Of a DNA stretch of 64,000 nucleotides, positions 38,577 through 48,434 are shown piece after piece. Origin of the DNA: an uncultured Gammaproteobacteria bacterium (lineage in GTDB: Bacteria > Patescibacteriota > Patescibacteriia > UBA9570 > XYC2-FULL-38-9); contig CAYFNF010000004.1 in the NCBI GenBank assembly GCA_964344485.1, positions 66,069-130,068 on the forward strand, given 5' to 3'. Numbering within the stretch: the stretch's first letter is position 1; each line of letters opens with the position of its first letter. The position numbers were made by a program, and so were the translations under genes. The notes under the pieces are model-generated. The model was not told the origin of the DNA, made no database searches, and worked only from the letters and a program-made list of their open reading frames with translations.

Positions 38577-39383
38577 ATGGCAAAGAAACACGAGATCCCA
38601 CCATTTAAAGAGTTCGCAATAGGCATGGCTATGCGGTCAGGTACTATTTTAATGCGCAATTTTAACGACAACATTAAGCGAAGGAGATCAAAAAAGAGTA
38701 GAAATGAAGTGGTGACTGCTAGCGACATGGAAGTACACAAGTTTGTGCGGTTTAAAGTACAACAGCGTTTCCCAGGCCATAATTTTGAAAGTGAAGAAGG
38801 CGATCCAATAAATAACGGATCCAAGTACACATGGGTGATCGATCCACTTGATGGAACAGTGAATTATACTATCGGTAATCCGTTTTTCTCGACCTCTATT
38901 ACATTGATGGAGGGTGGCGTGCCGTTGATTGGAGTGATCTACGCGCCGTACACACGGGAGATGTTTGTTGTGGAGAAAAATCGATCCGCTCGTCTGAATG
39001 AACGCAATATTCGTGTTTCCCAGGAAAAGAGAATGTCGAACTCGGTCATGGCGTATGCATACTTCACGAGAGACAAGAAGTCACGAAAGCGAGCAGCAAA
39101 GCTGTTAGAGAACTTTGAAGATGAGTGCCTCCGAATGCGGCATCTCGGGTGTACTACATTAGCACTAGCATACGTAGCTTGCGGACGCATGGAAGCATCG
39201 ATTATCTCCCCACCTTTACGGCTGTGGGATGTAGCATCTGGGCTGTTACTGATAGAGACTGCTGGTGGTAGAATTTCAAATTTTCGTGGAGAAGAGTGGG
39301 AAGGCTTGCATCAAGGAGTAATTGCTTCCAATGGAGCAATTCATAATAAGATTCTCAATATTGTTAAAGAGCATAAGATCTAG
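38577..39383 (+). CDS. Inositol monophosphatase-family protein.
   Basis: WVIDPLDGTVNY motif. Confidence 0.8.
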   Translation: MAKKHEIPPFKEFAIGMAMRSGTILMRNFNDNIKRRRSKKSRNEVVTASDMEVHKFVRFKVQQRFPGHNFESEEGDPINNGSKYTWVIDPLDGTVNYTIGNPFFSTSITLMEGGVPLIGVIYAPYTREMFVVEKNRSARLNERNIRVSQEKRMSNSVMAYAYFTRDKKSRKRAAKLLENFEDECLRMRHLGCTTLALAYVACGRMEASIISPPLRLWDVASGLLLIETAGGRISNFRGEEWEGLHQGVIASNGAIHNKILNIVKEHKI

Positions 39384-39394
39384 TTAGCGGCACC

Positions 39395-40318
39395 ATGAAT
39401 GAGATTATAATTGTAGACTTACCGAAATGTCATGGAAACATTGAAGGGTGTTGGTATAATGGATATCCGATTCATAAAGGCAAGACCGAGGACAGTCTAA
39501 ATTACGCAACCGTATACGCTAGCGAACATTCAATTATTCCTGACCAGAGGATCATAGAGCAGGATTTTTTGAATTTTAAAGAACTGTTGCGAACTGCGGG
39601 ATTCACCATCCATGTCCTCCCGTTTCCTGAGGAGCTGAACCAAGAAGACAGCCTTCATCATGATGCAATTTTTGTACGAGACGCGGGCATGCTCTACAAA
39701 GACAAGTGGATAAAAGCGAATTTTAGTGTTAAAAGTCGGCTCGTTGAGACTGATGTACACGCAGAAAAAATGTCAAAGAAGTTCAATGTAGAAGTGGTGC
39801 ATTTACCAAAAGACTGCTTCCTTGAATTTGGCGAAGTGTTTTTGCTGTACACAAGAAATGGAAGTTACTATTTCGGTGGTCTGTCACGCTCTAGTAAAGA
39901 AGGTCATGACGCGGTGAAATCCATGGTGAAGCCAGATCATTACTGTTTGATTCAATCTGAAGGGTATCATTTAGACACAGTGTTTAGCCCGGTGCTGAGC
40001 AAGGACAATGAATTGATTGCGTGCATTGTAACGAAAAAGATGATTGCACCCGAGAGCCTAGAGGAGCTGAAGAAACTGGATATTGAAATAATTGAGATAG
40101 ACCCGATTGACTCTTCAGGAGAAGGCGAGGAGCTAGGAAACTACGCGGTGAATACGCTGGTGGCTCCTGGCGTGATGTTAAACTGCTCTAGCTTTTTAAC
40201 TGAGAACGTAGAAGAGAAGCTTCGAGAGTTAGGCATAACACGGTATGTTTCCCCGTTAACATATTTCCGCTTTGCTGGCGGGTCGTATCACTGCCTCACC
40301 AACGAGATCTATAAATAA
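39395..40318 (+). CDS. Amidinotransferase-superfamily enzyme (DDAH / arginine deiminase-like pentein fold).
   Basis: C-terminal AGGSYHCLTNEI resembles the catalytic-Cys motif of this superfamily. Tentative. Confidence 0.5.
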   Translation: MNEIIIVDLPKCHGNIEGCWYNGYPIHKGKTEDSLNYATVYASEHSIIPDQRIIEQDFLNFKELLRTAGFTIHVLPFPEELNQEDSLHHDAIFVRDAGMLYKDKWIKANFSVKSRLVETDVHAEKMSKKFNVEVVHLPKDCFLEFGEVFLLYTRNGSYYFGGLSRSSKEGHDAVKSMVKPDHYCLIQSEGYHLDTVFSPVLSKDNELIACIVTKKMIAPESLEELKKLDIEIIEIDPIDSSGEGEELGNYAVNTLVAPGVMLNCSSFLTENVEEKLRELGITRYVSPLTYFRFAGGSYHCLTNEIYK

Positions 40319-40321
40319 AAA

Positions 40322-40350
40322 AAGCACCCCACTGAGGGGAGTTTTTTTTG
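40322..40350 (+). terminator. Intrinsic terminator CCCC-actga-GGGG followed by T8.
   Basis: Read directly. Confidence 0.55.
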
Positions 40351-40432
40351 TGCCCAGGGCGAGACTCGAACTCGCACGGATTGCTCCGGCAGATTTTAAG
40401 TCTGCTGTGTATACCAATTCCACCACCTGGGC
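40351..40432 (-). tRNA. tRNA-Leu(TAA), type II with a long variable arm.
   Basis: Reverse complement folds as follows: acceptor GCCCAGG/CCTGGGC, anticodon loop CTTAAAA, variable stem GGA-GCAA-TCC, T-arm GCGAG-TTCGAGT-CTCGC. Confidence 0.75.
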
Positions 40433-40494
40433 AGAGCACTATAAAAAAAGTGCCACTGTAGTATAGTGGCCTTCTCTAAAAAAATCAATACTTT

Positions 40495-41550
40495 TTACCA
40501 GAAATCAGTGGGAATGTATGTGGAAGAGAGCTTTTCTAGTGCAGACTCATGCGGCCACATTGAATAGTGGATTACATCCTCGTCCTTTTTGTGCTCTGAC
40601 CGATCAAACCAGAAGTAGTATTCTTCACCTGCAGCAACCACAAATGGATTCCAAAAGACGTAGTTTGAGTCGTCGGTTAAAGGATTATTCTCTTCATCAT
40701 CTACCCATTGAAGGCCGTCTTCGCTAAAAGAACGACCAAGGCGAGCGTGACCTTTTCCATCCACTCCGTGATACCACATTTCATACACTTGACCATTCCC
40801 ATGAGAGATCACATGCGCGCCTCCAATACCCCCGGAATTCCAGGAAGCTCTGTTTGATAGGACTGGGTTGTTTTCATATTTGGTCCAGCGAATACCGTCT
40901 GGGCTGGTTGCGTATCCTATCTCTGTTCGTCTTTTTGATTCTTTCATTGATTCTGTTGAACCTGTATACCACATTTTATATGTACCCTGTTCTTTAATCA
41001 CCATAGGTTGCTCCACTGCATTGCTATCCCATTCATCAGTATCACCAGGTGTAAATACTGGATTGGTTGAGTGCTTTGCCCACGCGATACCATCTTTACT
41101 TGTCGCATACCCAATCTGTTGGATTTGGTCCCCTTCCCAGCGTCGTGCGCTGTACCACATGTGATAACCGGTTCCATCGTGCAATACCGTTACTCCGGTA
41201 AATCCACCATCTTCCCACAGCTTTTCTTTTTCAATCACTGCTTCACCGTTGAGCGGATCCTCCCACTCCACACCATTACTGCTAGTGATATAACCAATGC
41301 CACCTCTATCTAACCGGCCACTTCCTACATACCACATCTTGAATGTTTGGTCTGTCCTATCGTAGATCAGCGACGCGCTCTTAGTCCGTTCCTCGTCCCA
41401 CGCGTTCTTTAAATGGCTTGCATGCGTCACTTTATTTGATTGATATACATTTTTTTCTTCCTGAAATAAAAACGGATCGTAGACAATAATATAAAACGTT
41501 GCTCCGAGAAGGAGTACTGCTAGTAATATTGATGCAAGGCGACTACCCAT
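40495..41550 (-). CDS. Membrane-anchored beta-propeller glycosidase-like protein (GH43/GH32/GH130-type 5-bladed propeller superfamily).
   Basis: Repeated ..MWY.G.. and IGYATS.DGI.W.K..NPV blade motifs. N-terminal TM helix. Confidence 0.45.
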   Translation of the reverse strand: MGSRLASILLAVLLLGATFYIIVYDPFLFQEEKNVYQSNKVTHASHLKNAWDEERTKSASLIYDRTDQTFKMWYVGSGRLDRGGIGYITSSNGVEWEDPLNGEAVIEKEKLWEDGGFTGVTVLHDGTGYHMWYSARRWEGDQIQQIGYATSKDGIAWAKHSTNPVFTPGDTDEWDSNAVEQPMVIKEQGTYKMWYTGSTESMKESKRRTEIGYATSPDGIRWTKYENNPVLSNRASWNSGGIGGAHVISHGNGQVYEMWYHGVDGKGHARLGRSFSEDGLQWVDDEENNPLTDDSNYVFWNPFVVAAGEEYYFWFDRSEHKKDEDVIHYSMWPHESALEKLSSTYIPTDFW

Positions 41551-41590
41551 AATTACTTATATAATATATGAAACAGTGAATTAATTCCAG

Positions 41591-42367
41591 TTATATTTCT
41601 AATGTACCTGGTTTGTCTGCTGGTGTTGGAGGGCAAAGATCCCACATATACTTAAACCATACGCGAAACGAATCTGCAATTTGTTGATTCACAATGACAG
41701 TAAATGAGAAGTCTTCCACCTGCCCGCCAAGTTGGACATCCGCTAGAATATTAACGTGATCTCCAAAAATGTCTATTGCACTTGGGGTGGAATACTCTTT
41801 CGGCATGAACTTATAGTTCTTAGTAACGTATTCAAGTATTTGCGGACACTCCTGCTGCACTCGCCAGTCAAATAAGTGGTAGAATTTCATATTCATTTTT
41901 TGCGTCTCTTTATAGAAGTGTGGAAAGAAGTTTTTTACTCGCTCATCAAGCCAGCCACCTTTTGCAGAGATGAAGTACGGCGTCTCTCCAATACGTAAGA
42001 TATCGCGCATATAGTTCTTCCATCCTTCAGGGCCCTTATATATTAGAACTTCATTCTCTTTGGGCATGGAATGATAAAGCTGCTCCAAAGAGCTCATTGA
42101 TTTTTTTAGAGTGGATTCTTTTTCTTCCAGGATCTCCATTAATTTTCCTGGATCCGCAGGCTTATAAGTGTTGTCTCCTTTTTCTAAGATAATAAATGCC
42201 AGACCTTTTTCACGTAATCGGTTTAGCACATCGTAGATATTTCGTCGGTTGATATTGGTTTTGGAGGAAAGTGTAGAAACCGAAGCTTCACCAAGCTCTA
42301 GAAGAGCTTCGTAGATCTCGGCTTCATTTTTTGATAAGCCCAAATTTTGAAAAAGCTCTACATACAT
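41591..42367 (-). CDS. TrmB-family transcriptional regulator (paralog of 10273..11067).
   Basis: N-terminal LGLSKNEAEIYEALLELGEASVSTLS. Confidence 0.65.
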   Translation of the reverse strand: MYVELFQNLGLSKNEAEIYEALLELGEASVSTLSSKTNINRRNIYDVLNRLREKGLAFIILEKGDNTYKPADPGKLMEILEEKESTLKKSMSSLEQLYHSMPKENEVLIYKGPEGWKNYMRDILRIGETPYFISAKGGWLDERVKNFFPHFYKETQKMNMKFYHLFDWRVQQECPQILEYVTKNYKFMPKEYSTPSAIDIFGDHVNILADVQLGGQVEDFSFTVIVNQQIADSFRVWFKYMWDLCPPTPADKPGTLEI

Positions 42368-42524
42368 GTACTAGGGGATAATAGGCTAAGATTAGCTATT
42401 TATTCGGATATTCACACTGTGGTGGTATTTGCCACTCATCAATAATGATATATGATTTGCTGTCTTTAGTCAACGCATAGACCGCGACTAAAGAAGTACT
42501 TCACAACGAACAGGAGGTTGAGAC

Positions 42525-43292
42525 ATGACGACTGAAATGCTATTGGTGCTGATTCTGCTGCTCTTGGTTGGTGAATTCGCAGCACTGATTATCGAGCGAC
42601 TGTTCGGTAGCAAGGCAAAGCACGTCGCAGAGATGATCGCGTTGGTGGTCATCGCGTTGCTGCTTCTGCTGCACGCCAGGACTGCCAACGCTCAGGAGCG
42701 CGCAGTCGCATTCCAGCCCGAGGCGCGGGTGCTGCTGCACGGGGTGCATACATTCCGACTCGCCGATGACACCGAGCGCCAGCACAAGTGGGGCATAGCG
42801 TTCTGGTTCGTGGAGCCGAACGTGCTGGACAGCAACCCACAAGGCCTAGCACTGTTCGGCCCACGCTTTGCAGGCAGCGACGGCTGGATCGAGCTCATGC
42901 TCGGAGGCATGGGCATGCAGCAACCCGAGCCTACCCTGACGCCAGTGTTCGACACCCGCTTCATGCTCACGCAACTGCCGTGGCTGCATTGCTGGGGTGA
43001 AGGCATGGTGTCGCTGACCGACGCGTACGGCTTCTTCCAAGCCGACGTACCGATCCGCAGCAAGCAGCAGCAGATGCTGTTCAAGGTCGGTGCAGAGGTC
43101 GAAGCCGGGAAGACCTGGAGTGGCAGCAACGGTTTCGTGGGCGCAGGACCGCACGTGATCCTGCCATGGGGCAAGCACCTCACCACGGTTGCCGCATTCC
43201 AGATGCGCTGTTCTAACGACGGCAGCGTTGCAGGATGCGCCACTACCGACCTGGTCGGCCGGCTCTACTTGGTGCTGGACTTCGGTACCTAA
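42525..43292 (+). CDS. Secreted or membrane beta-rich protein of GC-rich island F.
   Basis: GGAGG SD 7 nt upstream of the ATG at 42525. Two hydrophobic N-terminal segments, the second being signal-peptide-like (...LLLLHARTANA). Confidence 0.45.
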   Translation: MTTEMLLVLILLLLVGEFAALIIERLFGSKAKHVAEMIALVVIALLLLLHARTANAQERAVAFQPEARVLLHGVHTFRLADDTERQHKWGIAFWFVEPNVLDSNPQGLALFGPRFAGSDGWIELMLGGMGMQQPEPTLTPVFDTRFMLTQLPWLHCWGEGMVSLTDAYGFFQADVPIRSKQQQMLFKVGAEVEAGKTWSGSNGFVGAGPHVILPWGKHLTTVAAFQMRCSNDGSVAGCATTDLVGRLYLVLDFGT

Positions 43293-43445
43293 ACCGAGGC
43301 GTCTCATCTTTAGCCTAAGATGTAAAACCAAGGCTTTTTTTGTATTGACATTTTTTACAATCCTGCTACTATGTGGTCTCAATTCTTTTGTGCTGATTGT
43401 AGATAGTGGAGTCTATAGTCAGCACAATAGAACTGAGAGGAGGAA

Positions 43446-44057
43446 ATGGAGACAACACTACTTGTCAGTCTGATGGCGATCGAAGCCAACGCGCGGCATG
43501 AAGCCGAGGCAACGCGACTTCTCGCAGCTCTTCCGGACGTTCCGCAGCAGGCCAGTACCCTGGTCATGGCAACGATCCGGCTCTACCGGAGCCAGCGCAT
43601 GGAGGCGTACCGGTCGGTGTGCGAAGAAGTCGCACAACACGCGGACAATCCCGTGCTCAAGGCCTGGGCGCTGCACAACGCGGCGTCATCGTACGAGCAC
43701 GGCGAACCGCGCAGGAACGAGCTCAACGAGCAAGCAGCAACGATCCTGGAACTGCTACCGGTCGAAGGGCCGGACCAGCCACGAGCGATCCTGCTCGGCA
43801 AGATCCGCGCTGGTCAGATGGAAGACGGCAGCCGAGCCATGGACGAGGCGTTCTACTGGCTCATCACCACCCAGATGATCCATCTCGGTGTGAAGGACGC
43901 TCCTGGTCGCGCGGTCTTCCTGGCGCAGGTCTTCATCGAGCAGCGTCGTCATGACGATGCACGCCGTCTGCTCGAGCAGGTGCTCGACGATCCGCCAGGG
44001 ACGTTCTCCCGCTCGCAGCTCCGACGCGCTCGCAAGGCGCTCGCCGACATGGGCTGA
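43446..44057 (+). CDS. Hypothetical helical (TPR-like?) protein of island F.
   Basis: GAGGAGGA SD upstream of the ATG at 43446. Confidence 0.45.
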   Translation: METTLLVSLMAIEANARHEAEATRLLAALPDVPQQASTLVMATIRLYRSQRMEAYRSVCEEVAQHADNPVLKAWALHNAASSYEHGEPRRNELNEQAATILELLPVEGPDQPRAILLGKIRAGQMEDGSRAMDEAFYWLITTQMIHLGVKDAPGRAVFLAQVFIEQRRHDDARRLLEQVLDDPPGTFSRSQLRRARKALADMG

Positions 44058-44170
44058 CCCAACTCCGGTCTCGCGTTCCGAAGAGGGATGCAAGACTTTT
44101 TTTATTTGCGCAGAGTACGTTTTTCTCATACAATACAGATAGTTAAAAAATAATAAGTAAAAACCAAACT

Positions 44171-44815
44171 ATGAACAGGAAACTCATCCTGCTCCCTACT
44201 CTATTGGTAGCAGGCTTGTTATTGGTTGGCGGTAGTTGCACGCAGACTACTAACACAACAACCAATACAACAACCGAGAAGACAAACACCGCAGCTGTTG
44301 AGAATACCAATACTGCTGATGTTGAGGAAGACACCACTGATACGCAGTGGGATAGCGCTACAGATCAGGGAGACATCCCAAGCACGCAAATGGCAGGTAC
44401 GATCAACGATGAGGAAGTAACCTTGCTCTATGCGTCTGTGACAGATTGGGATGATTACTACTCCTGGACGTTTTCTGAAGAAGCACCAGACTATGTGTGT
44501 GGAGTGACGTTAGATCATAGCGAGATCAGCTTTGATTCTGATGACGTTCGAGAAGGAACGTATACAAAAGAAATGGATGAAGAAGAGGAAGGTGAATTCT
44601 ATGCATACTACCTCTATTACTTAGAAGACGGAACACCATACAGTGTAAATGACGATTGGTCTGCTACAGTGGTGGTCGACAGCATCGAAGAAGATGTTGG
44701 AGAAGATGATTTCGGCAGCACGTACGGTAAAGTGACTGGATGGGCAGAGTTCGAATTCGATGATGGTACTACCGCGGTATCCGGAGCGTTCGAAGCAGAG
44801 TTGTGCACAATATAA
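44171..44815 (+). CDS. Lipoprotein with a Thr/Asn-rich linker and an acidic domain.
   Basis: Lipobox LVGGSC. A TTGCGC-17-TACAAT promoter-like motif lies upstream at about 44106..44134. Confidence 0.5.
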   Translation: MNRKLILLPTLLVAGLLLVGGSCTQTTNTTTNTTTEKTNTAAVENTNTADVEEDTTDTQWDSATDQGDIPSTQMAGTINDEEVTLLYASVTDWDDYYSWTFSEEAPDYVCGVTLDHSEISFDSDDVREGTYTKEMDEEEEGEFYAYYLYYLEDGTPYSVNDDWSATVVVDSIEEDVGEDDFGSTYGKVTGWAEFEFDDGTTAVSGAFEAELCTI

Positions 44816-44833
44816 GGAGAAGTTTTCATAATA

Positions 44834-44860
44834 AAGCACCTCAATCACGAGGTGCTTTAT
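44834..44860. terminator. Hairpin AAGCACCTC-aatcac-GAGGTGCTT, with A-run and T-run on either side.
   Basis: Read directly. A near-identical hairpin is at 45917..45943. Confidence 0.55.
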
Positions 44861-44954
44861 AGTCCATTCTTTTACTCAACGAACGCGTGATATCATTGAC
44901 AGAATGAACTAAGCATTGTTAATTAAATGTATAATAATTTATATAGGTATATAT

Positions 44955-45893
44955 ATGACAAATTCTTTTGATACGCCCCCAGGATTTTTACCGGATCAAG
45001 GCCAGGCGAGGGAGGGTTTAGAATGGTTGCAATTGGGAGAGAGTACTGATGTTGATTGGGAATTGTATAATGTAAGCACCTCAATAGAAGGTGGGCACCG
45101 TGGCTTTGATGACCGTGAAGATGATGAACACGGAAGATTACGTGAGTTTAGAAGGCATGCATATGTGCCAAATCCTGGTCAGCCAACTCAAAGCTTGCAG
45201 CCAATAGCATGGGTTGAGGTTATGTATATGAAGGATACTACAGAAAGTAACAAGGAATCAGTACGCCATGCGCGGTCTGGTAGGGATTTTTATATAAAAG
45301 GCCGTTTAGCTGGCCGTGAAACAAAAAAAATTAACAATGGTCTAGAGACACATTCGCAGCAACGATTCTTCCCAGGAGAGAAACGAGACGGTGTTACGTG
45401 GTCTAGCTGGATGACTAGAGTAGTGAAAGATGAAACCGGCTTATTAGCATCGGGTCATACAACCACATGTGAATTTGAATGTAGGCACATGGGCGATCCT
45501 GAGCCCTCTAGAACGCGGGTTATCTTTCGAGATGAACACGGAAGAGTAAATGGATTAACAGGGTCTCCTGAGCAGCCGTCAAATGATTCTATACTACCAT
45601 TCAAGGAAATGCCCGCTACATATCCAGGTTTAACAATTACTAGAATAGAGTATGCCGTCGGTGGAGAAGATTATATTATTGGGGAATCTCCAGATCCACA
45701 TGAAGTGTATGGTGTTTTTGATGGATCTGATGAAGAGGTGTTAGTATGTACATTTGATCATGCAATGGATGAAAAGGTGATGATTGAACGATATGGACCA
45801 ACAGATTGGGGATGGGATTTTGCTCGTAAAGTAGAGAATTTTGAAGACAAGTGTGGCCGTGCAAAGATGAATGAAAGGCCGGAAACAGACTAG
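44955..45893 (+). CDS. Hypothetical protein (start MTNSFDTPPGF), located between two near-identical hairpins.
   Basis: ORF track 44916..45893, trimmed to the internal ATG. Confidence 0.4.
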   Translation: MTNSFDTPPGFLPDQGQAREGLEWLQLGESTDVDWELYNVSTSIEGGHRGFDDREDDEHGRLREFRRHAYVPNPGQPTQSLQPIAWVEVMYMKDTTESNKESVRHARSGRDFYIKGRLAGRETKKINNGLETHSQQRFFPGEKRDGVTWSSWMTRVVKDETGLLASGHTTTCEFECRHMGDPEPSRTRVIFRDEHGRVNGLTGSPEQPSNDSILPFKEMPATYPGLTITRIEYAVGGEDYIIGESPDPHEVYGVFDGSDEEVLVCTFDHAMDEKVMIERYGPTDWGWDFARKVENFEDKCGRAKMNERPETD

Positions 45894-45916
45894 AAAAATA
45901 TGCAGTAGACAAAGTT

Positions 45917-45943
45917 AAGCGCCTCAATCATGAGGCGCTTTTT
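45917..45943. terminator. Hairpin AAGCGCCTC-aatcat-GAGGCGCTT followed by a T-run.
   Basis: Read directly. Confidence 0.55.
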
Positions 45944-45965
45944 AGACCTGCTGATGAAGAGGTGA

Positions 45966-46604
45966 TCAAAAAATACGTTGCAGGTCAGCGAGTGAATCAA
46001 CAGTCTTCCACGCGTATTGTTTAATTGATGAATCAGTAAACGTGACTCCATGCTTCGTTTCCTTAAATAGAGCAACATCATTACTTCCATCACCGATACA
46101 TGCACAGTCAGTAAGTCGTATACGCTCTTTTTTACAAAATGTTTTTAAGAATTCTACCTTTGCCTTTGTCTCATCGTCAAACGTGACCATGTTTTTTAGT
46201 TTGTTGTCTTTGTCGAAAACAAACTGATTATTCGCAGCGTAGTACGAAACAGAAAGCTCCTTCGCAACTTTTTCTACGACCAAGTCAATAGAACCAGATA
46301 TCAAAGCAAGGATATACCCCTGTTTTTGAAGATACTCAACTGCGCTGCGAGCACCGGGGTTGTATTTATATGTAAATAGAGAACGCTGAATGCGTGACTT
46401 TGTTGCCTTTCCTCTACGAAGGTATATTTTCAATAATAGTTCTTGTCCTTGTTCATACGATATAACTCCTTCTTTATAGAGAGCGTGAATAACCTCATCC
46501 TCCTGATGGGTCATACCAAGAGCCAAGTTCAAGTTATACCAAGAGTTTTCCTGAATGAGCGTTTCATTCAAGTCGAAGCAGATGAGTTTTATATTCTTTT
46601 GCAT
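45966..46604 (-). CDS. HAD-family hydrolase (phosphoserine-phosphatase-like HAD-IB).
   Basis: Motif I FDLNET and motif IV GDGSND. Confidence 0.7.
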   Translation of the reverse strand: MQKNIKLICFDLNETLIQENSWYNLNLALGMTHQEDEVIHALYKEGVISYEQGQELLLKIYLRRGKATKSRIQRSLFTYKYNPGARSAVEYLQKQGYILALISGSIDLVVEKVAKELSVSYYAANNQFVFDKDNKLKNMVTFDDETKAKVEFLKTFCKKERIRLTDCACIGDGSNDVALFKETKHGVTFTDSSIKQYAWKTVDSLADLQRIF

Positions 46605-46628
46605 TAGGTAAAATAATACCTTTTTTTG

Positions 46629-46700
46629 AGCGGGTAACGGGAATTGAACCCGTATCTCATCCTTGGCAAGGACGTGTAATAGCCATTATACGATACCCGC
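46629..46700 (-). tRNA. tRNA-Gly(GCC)
   Basis: Reverse complement folds as follows: acceptor GCGGGTA/TACCCGC, anticodon loop TTGCCAA, T-arm ACGGG-TTCAATT-CCCGT, discriminator U. Confidence 0.75.
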
Positions 46701-46766
46701 GTAAGCAGCAAGAAGTATAGCAAATCAAAGAAATAGATCAAGCGCTAGTCTATTCCAACTAACTAT

Positions 46767-48233
46767 TCATGATAAAATTTCCCAGTTGTGAATGGTTGCG
46801 ACTTTTTTCAGTTCTGGATCCGGATGCACCGCAGTCTTATACTTCACTAACTCAAACATCGGTATATCAGAAGCTGAATCTGCGTAGACGTAGCTTTTAC
46901 TTAAGTCAATTCCAAATCGTGTAGCAAAGTCTTTCACCAAACGCGCCTTTTCTTCTTTGTAGGCTAACTGTTCTACTTCACCAGTGTATTTACCGTCTTT
47001 TCGCTCTAACATAGTATCGAGTGATGTAGTTGCTTTAAAGTAATCACAAAAGCATTTTGCTAATGGATGAATGACCTCAGTGACAAACACAATCACATGC
47101 CCCTGCTTCTGATGATCTTTCATAATCGGAATCATGTGTTTTTGTATGTGCTCTAATATATTCTCTTCAAAGAATTCTTTTGATAATTTCTCTATCTCAC
47201 TGATCTTCCAGTCCTTTAATAAACTTAACGAAGCGCGCATGAGTTGTTTGTGTGGCATGAGATGAAACTTTTCTAAAAAGACCCAATAGAAAATTTTAAA
47301 CGCAAGCCACGGGCTCAGCTTCTTATTCTTAAATAAGTACTTCACAAAGTCTTGCTGCGAGTACCCCTTATAGATTGTATTGTCGATATCCACAAACGCG
47401 CCGATAGTTTCAGGAGCGTAGTCATCAATGTAATTTGGTAAGTAGTGAACCGGCAATAGCGAAATTATTTCTTTTGCTATTTTTTCAGCGTATTCAGTGG
47501 TTGCTGCACGGAAAGGTTTTTCCTTTGACACTGCAGGAGGATAGAGCAACCCATCAAAGCGGATGATCACACGCCCTGGCCGCATACGTATTTTATCAAC
47601 GTGAATCTCTTCTAATCCAATCAAGCTCATTGGCACTATTGGAACTTTAGCTCGCACTGAGATACGCGCTGCTCCAGTATGCAAGTAGTGCAGCTTAGAA
47701 GTGCGCTCATAGTGTCCTTCTGGGAAGATCAGTACACTGCGATGTTCAATAAGATTCGAAATGATCTTTTGTATCGCATCTTTTTTTTCATTCGCTTCAG
47801 GGTAATGTGCAATGTCGTAATCATCGCGCTGCACATCCACTGATCCCATTTTTCTAAACCAGATTCCAAATGGAAAGGGAAAGCTCTTGAACGGAGCAGT
47901 CAACGGAATCAGGTCTGGCCCTAGCAAGAAGAAATAGATAAAGCCGTCTAGCGCTGAAGGGTGGTTTGAGACGTAGATTACTGGAATGTCATGGTCTGGG
48001 AACGTAGCACGAATGTCCAATTCAATGTGAGCGATGCGTAAAAAGATCGCAGTGTTCTTTTTTGCAACCAAACGCCATAAGCGCGGACGTTCTTTTGGTA
48101 AAACAAAACGCTCAGCAATAAGCACGAGCGGTAGTGTGAAGAGATTTAGCGCAAAGAAAACAAGTTTTGTATATACACCAAATAGTAATTGCACCCACGG
48201 GAGATCCCAAATTGGCGAAATCTCTTTATTCAT
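46767..48233 (-). CDS. Fusion of an N-terminal lysophospholipid (PlsC-type) acyltransferase with a C-terminal HAD-IB phosphatase-like domain.
   Basis: HX4D motif VSNHPSALDG and FPEGH. C-terminal HAD motif I VDIDNT. Confidence 0.65.
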   Translation of the reverse strand: MNKEISPIWDLPWVQLLFGVYTKLVFFALNLFTLPLVLIAERFVLPKERPRLWRLVAKKNTAIFLRIAHIELDIRATFPDHDIPVIYVSNHPSALDGFIYFFLLGPDLIPLTAPFKSFPFPFGIWFRKMGSVDVQRDDYDIAHYPEANEKKDAIQKIISNLIEHRSVLIFPEGHYERTSKLHYLHTGAARISVRAKVPIVPMSLIGLEEIHVDKIRMRPGRVIIRFDGLLYPPAVSKEKPFRAATTEYAEKIAKEIISLLPVHYLPNYIDDYAPETIGAFVDIDNTIYKGYSQQDFVKYLFKNKKLSPWLAFKIFYWVFLEKFHLMPHKQLMRASLSLLKDWKISEIEKLSKEFFEENILEHIQKHMIPIMKDHQKQGHVIVFVTEVIHPLAKCFCDYFKATTSLDTMLERKDGKYTGEVEQLAYKEEKARLVKDFATRFGIDLSKSYVYADSASDIPMFELVKYKTAVHPDPELKKVATIHNWEILS

Positions 48234-48434
48234 GTTTCTTTGTTTTTGTTTCGTATAACATTAGTATTGTAGCATTTTTTCAGAATAAAATCAAGGTTGC
48301 AAAAATGTACTTGATTGATTGTAATATATGTCCTAAGATCAGAACACCTGAAAATCGTTCTTCAACAATCGTACGTACACCCTTTACCCGGAATTCCAAA
48401 CCCCAACACTCGGATTCCACAGGGAGTGAGAACA

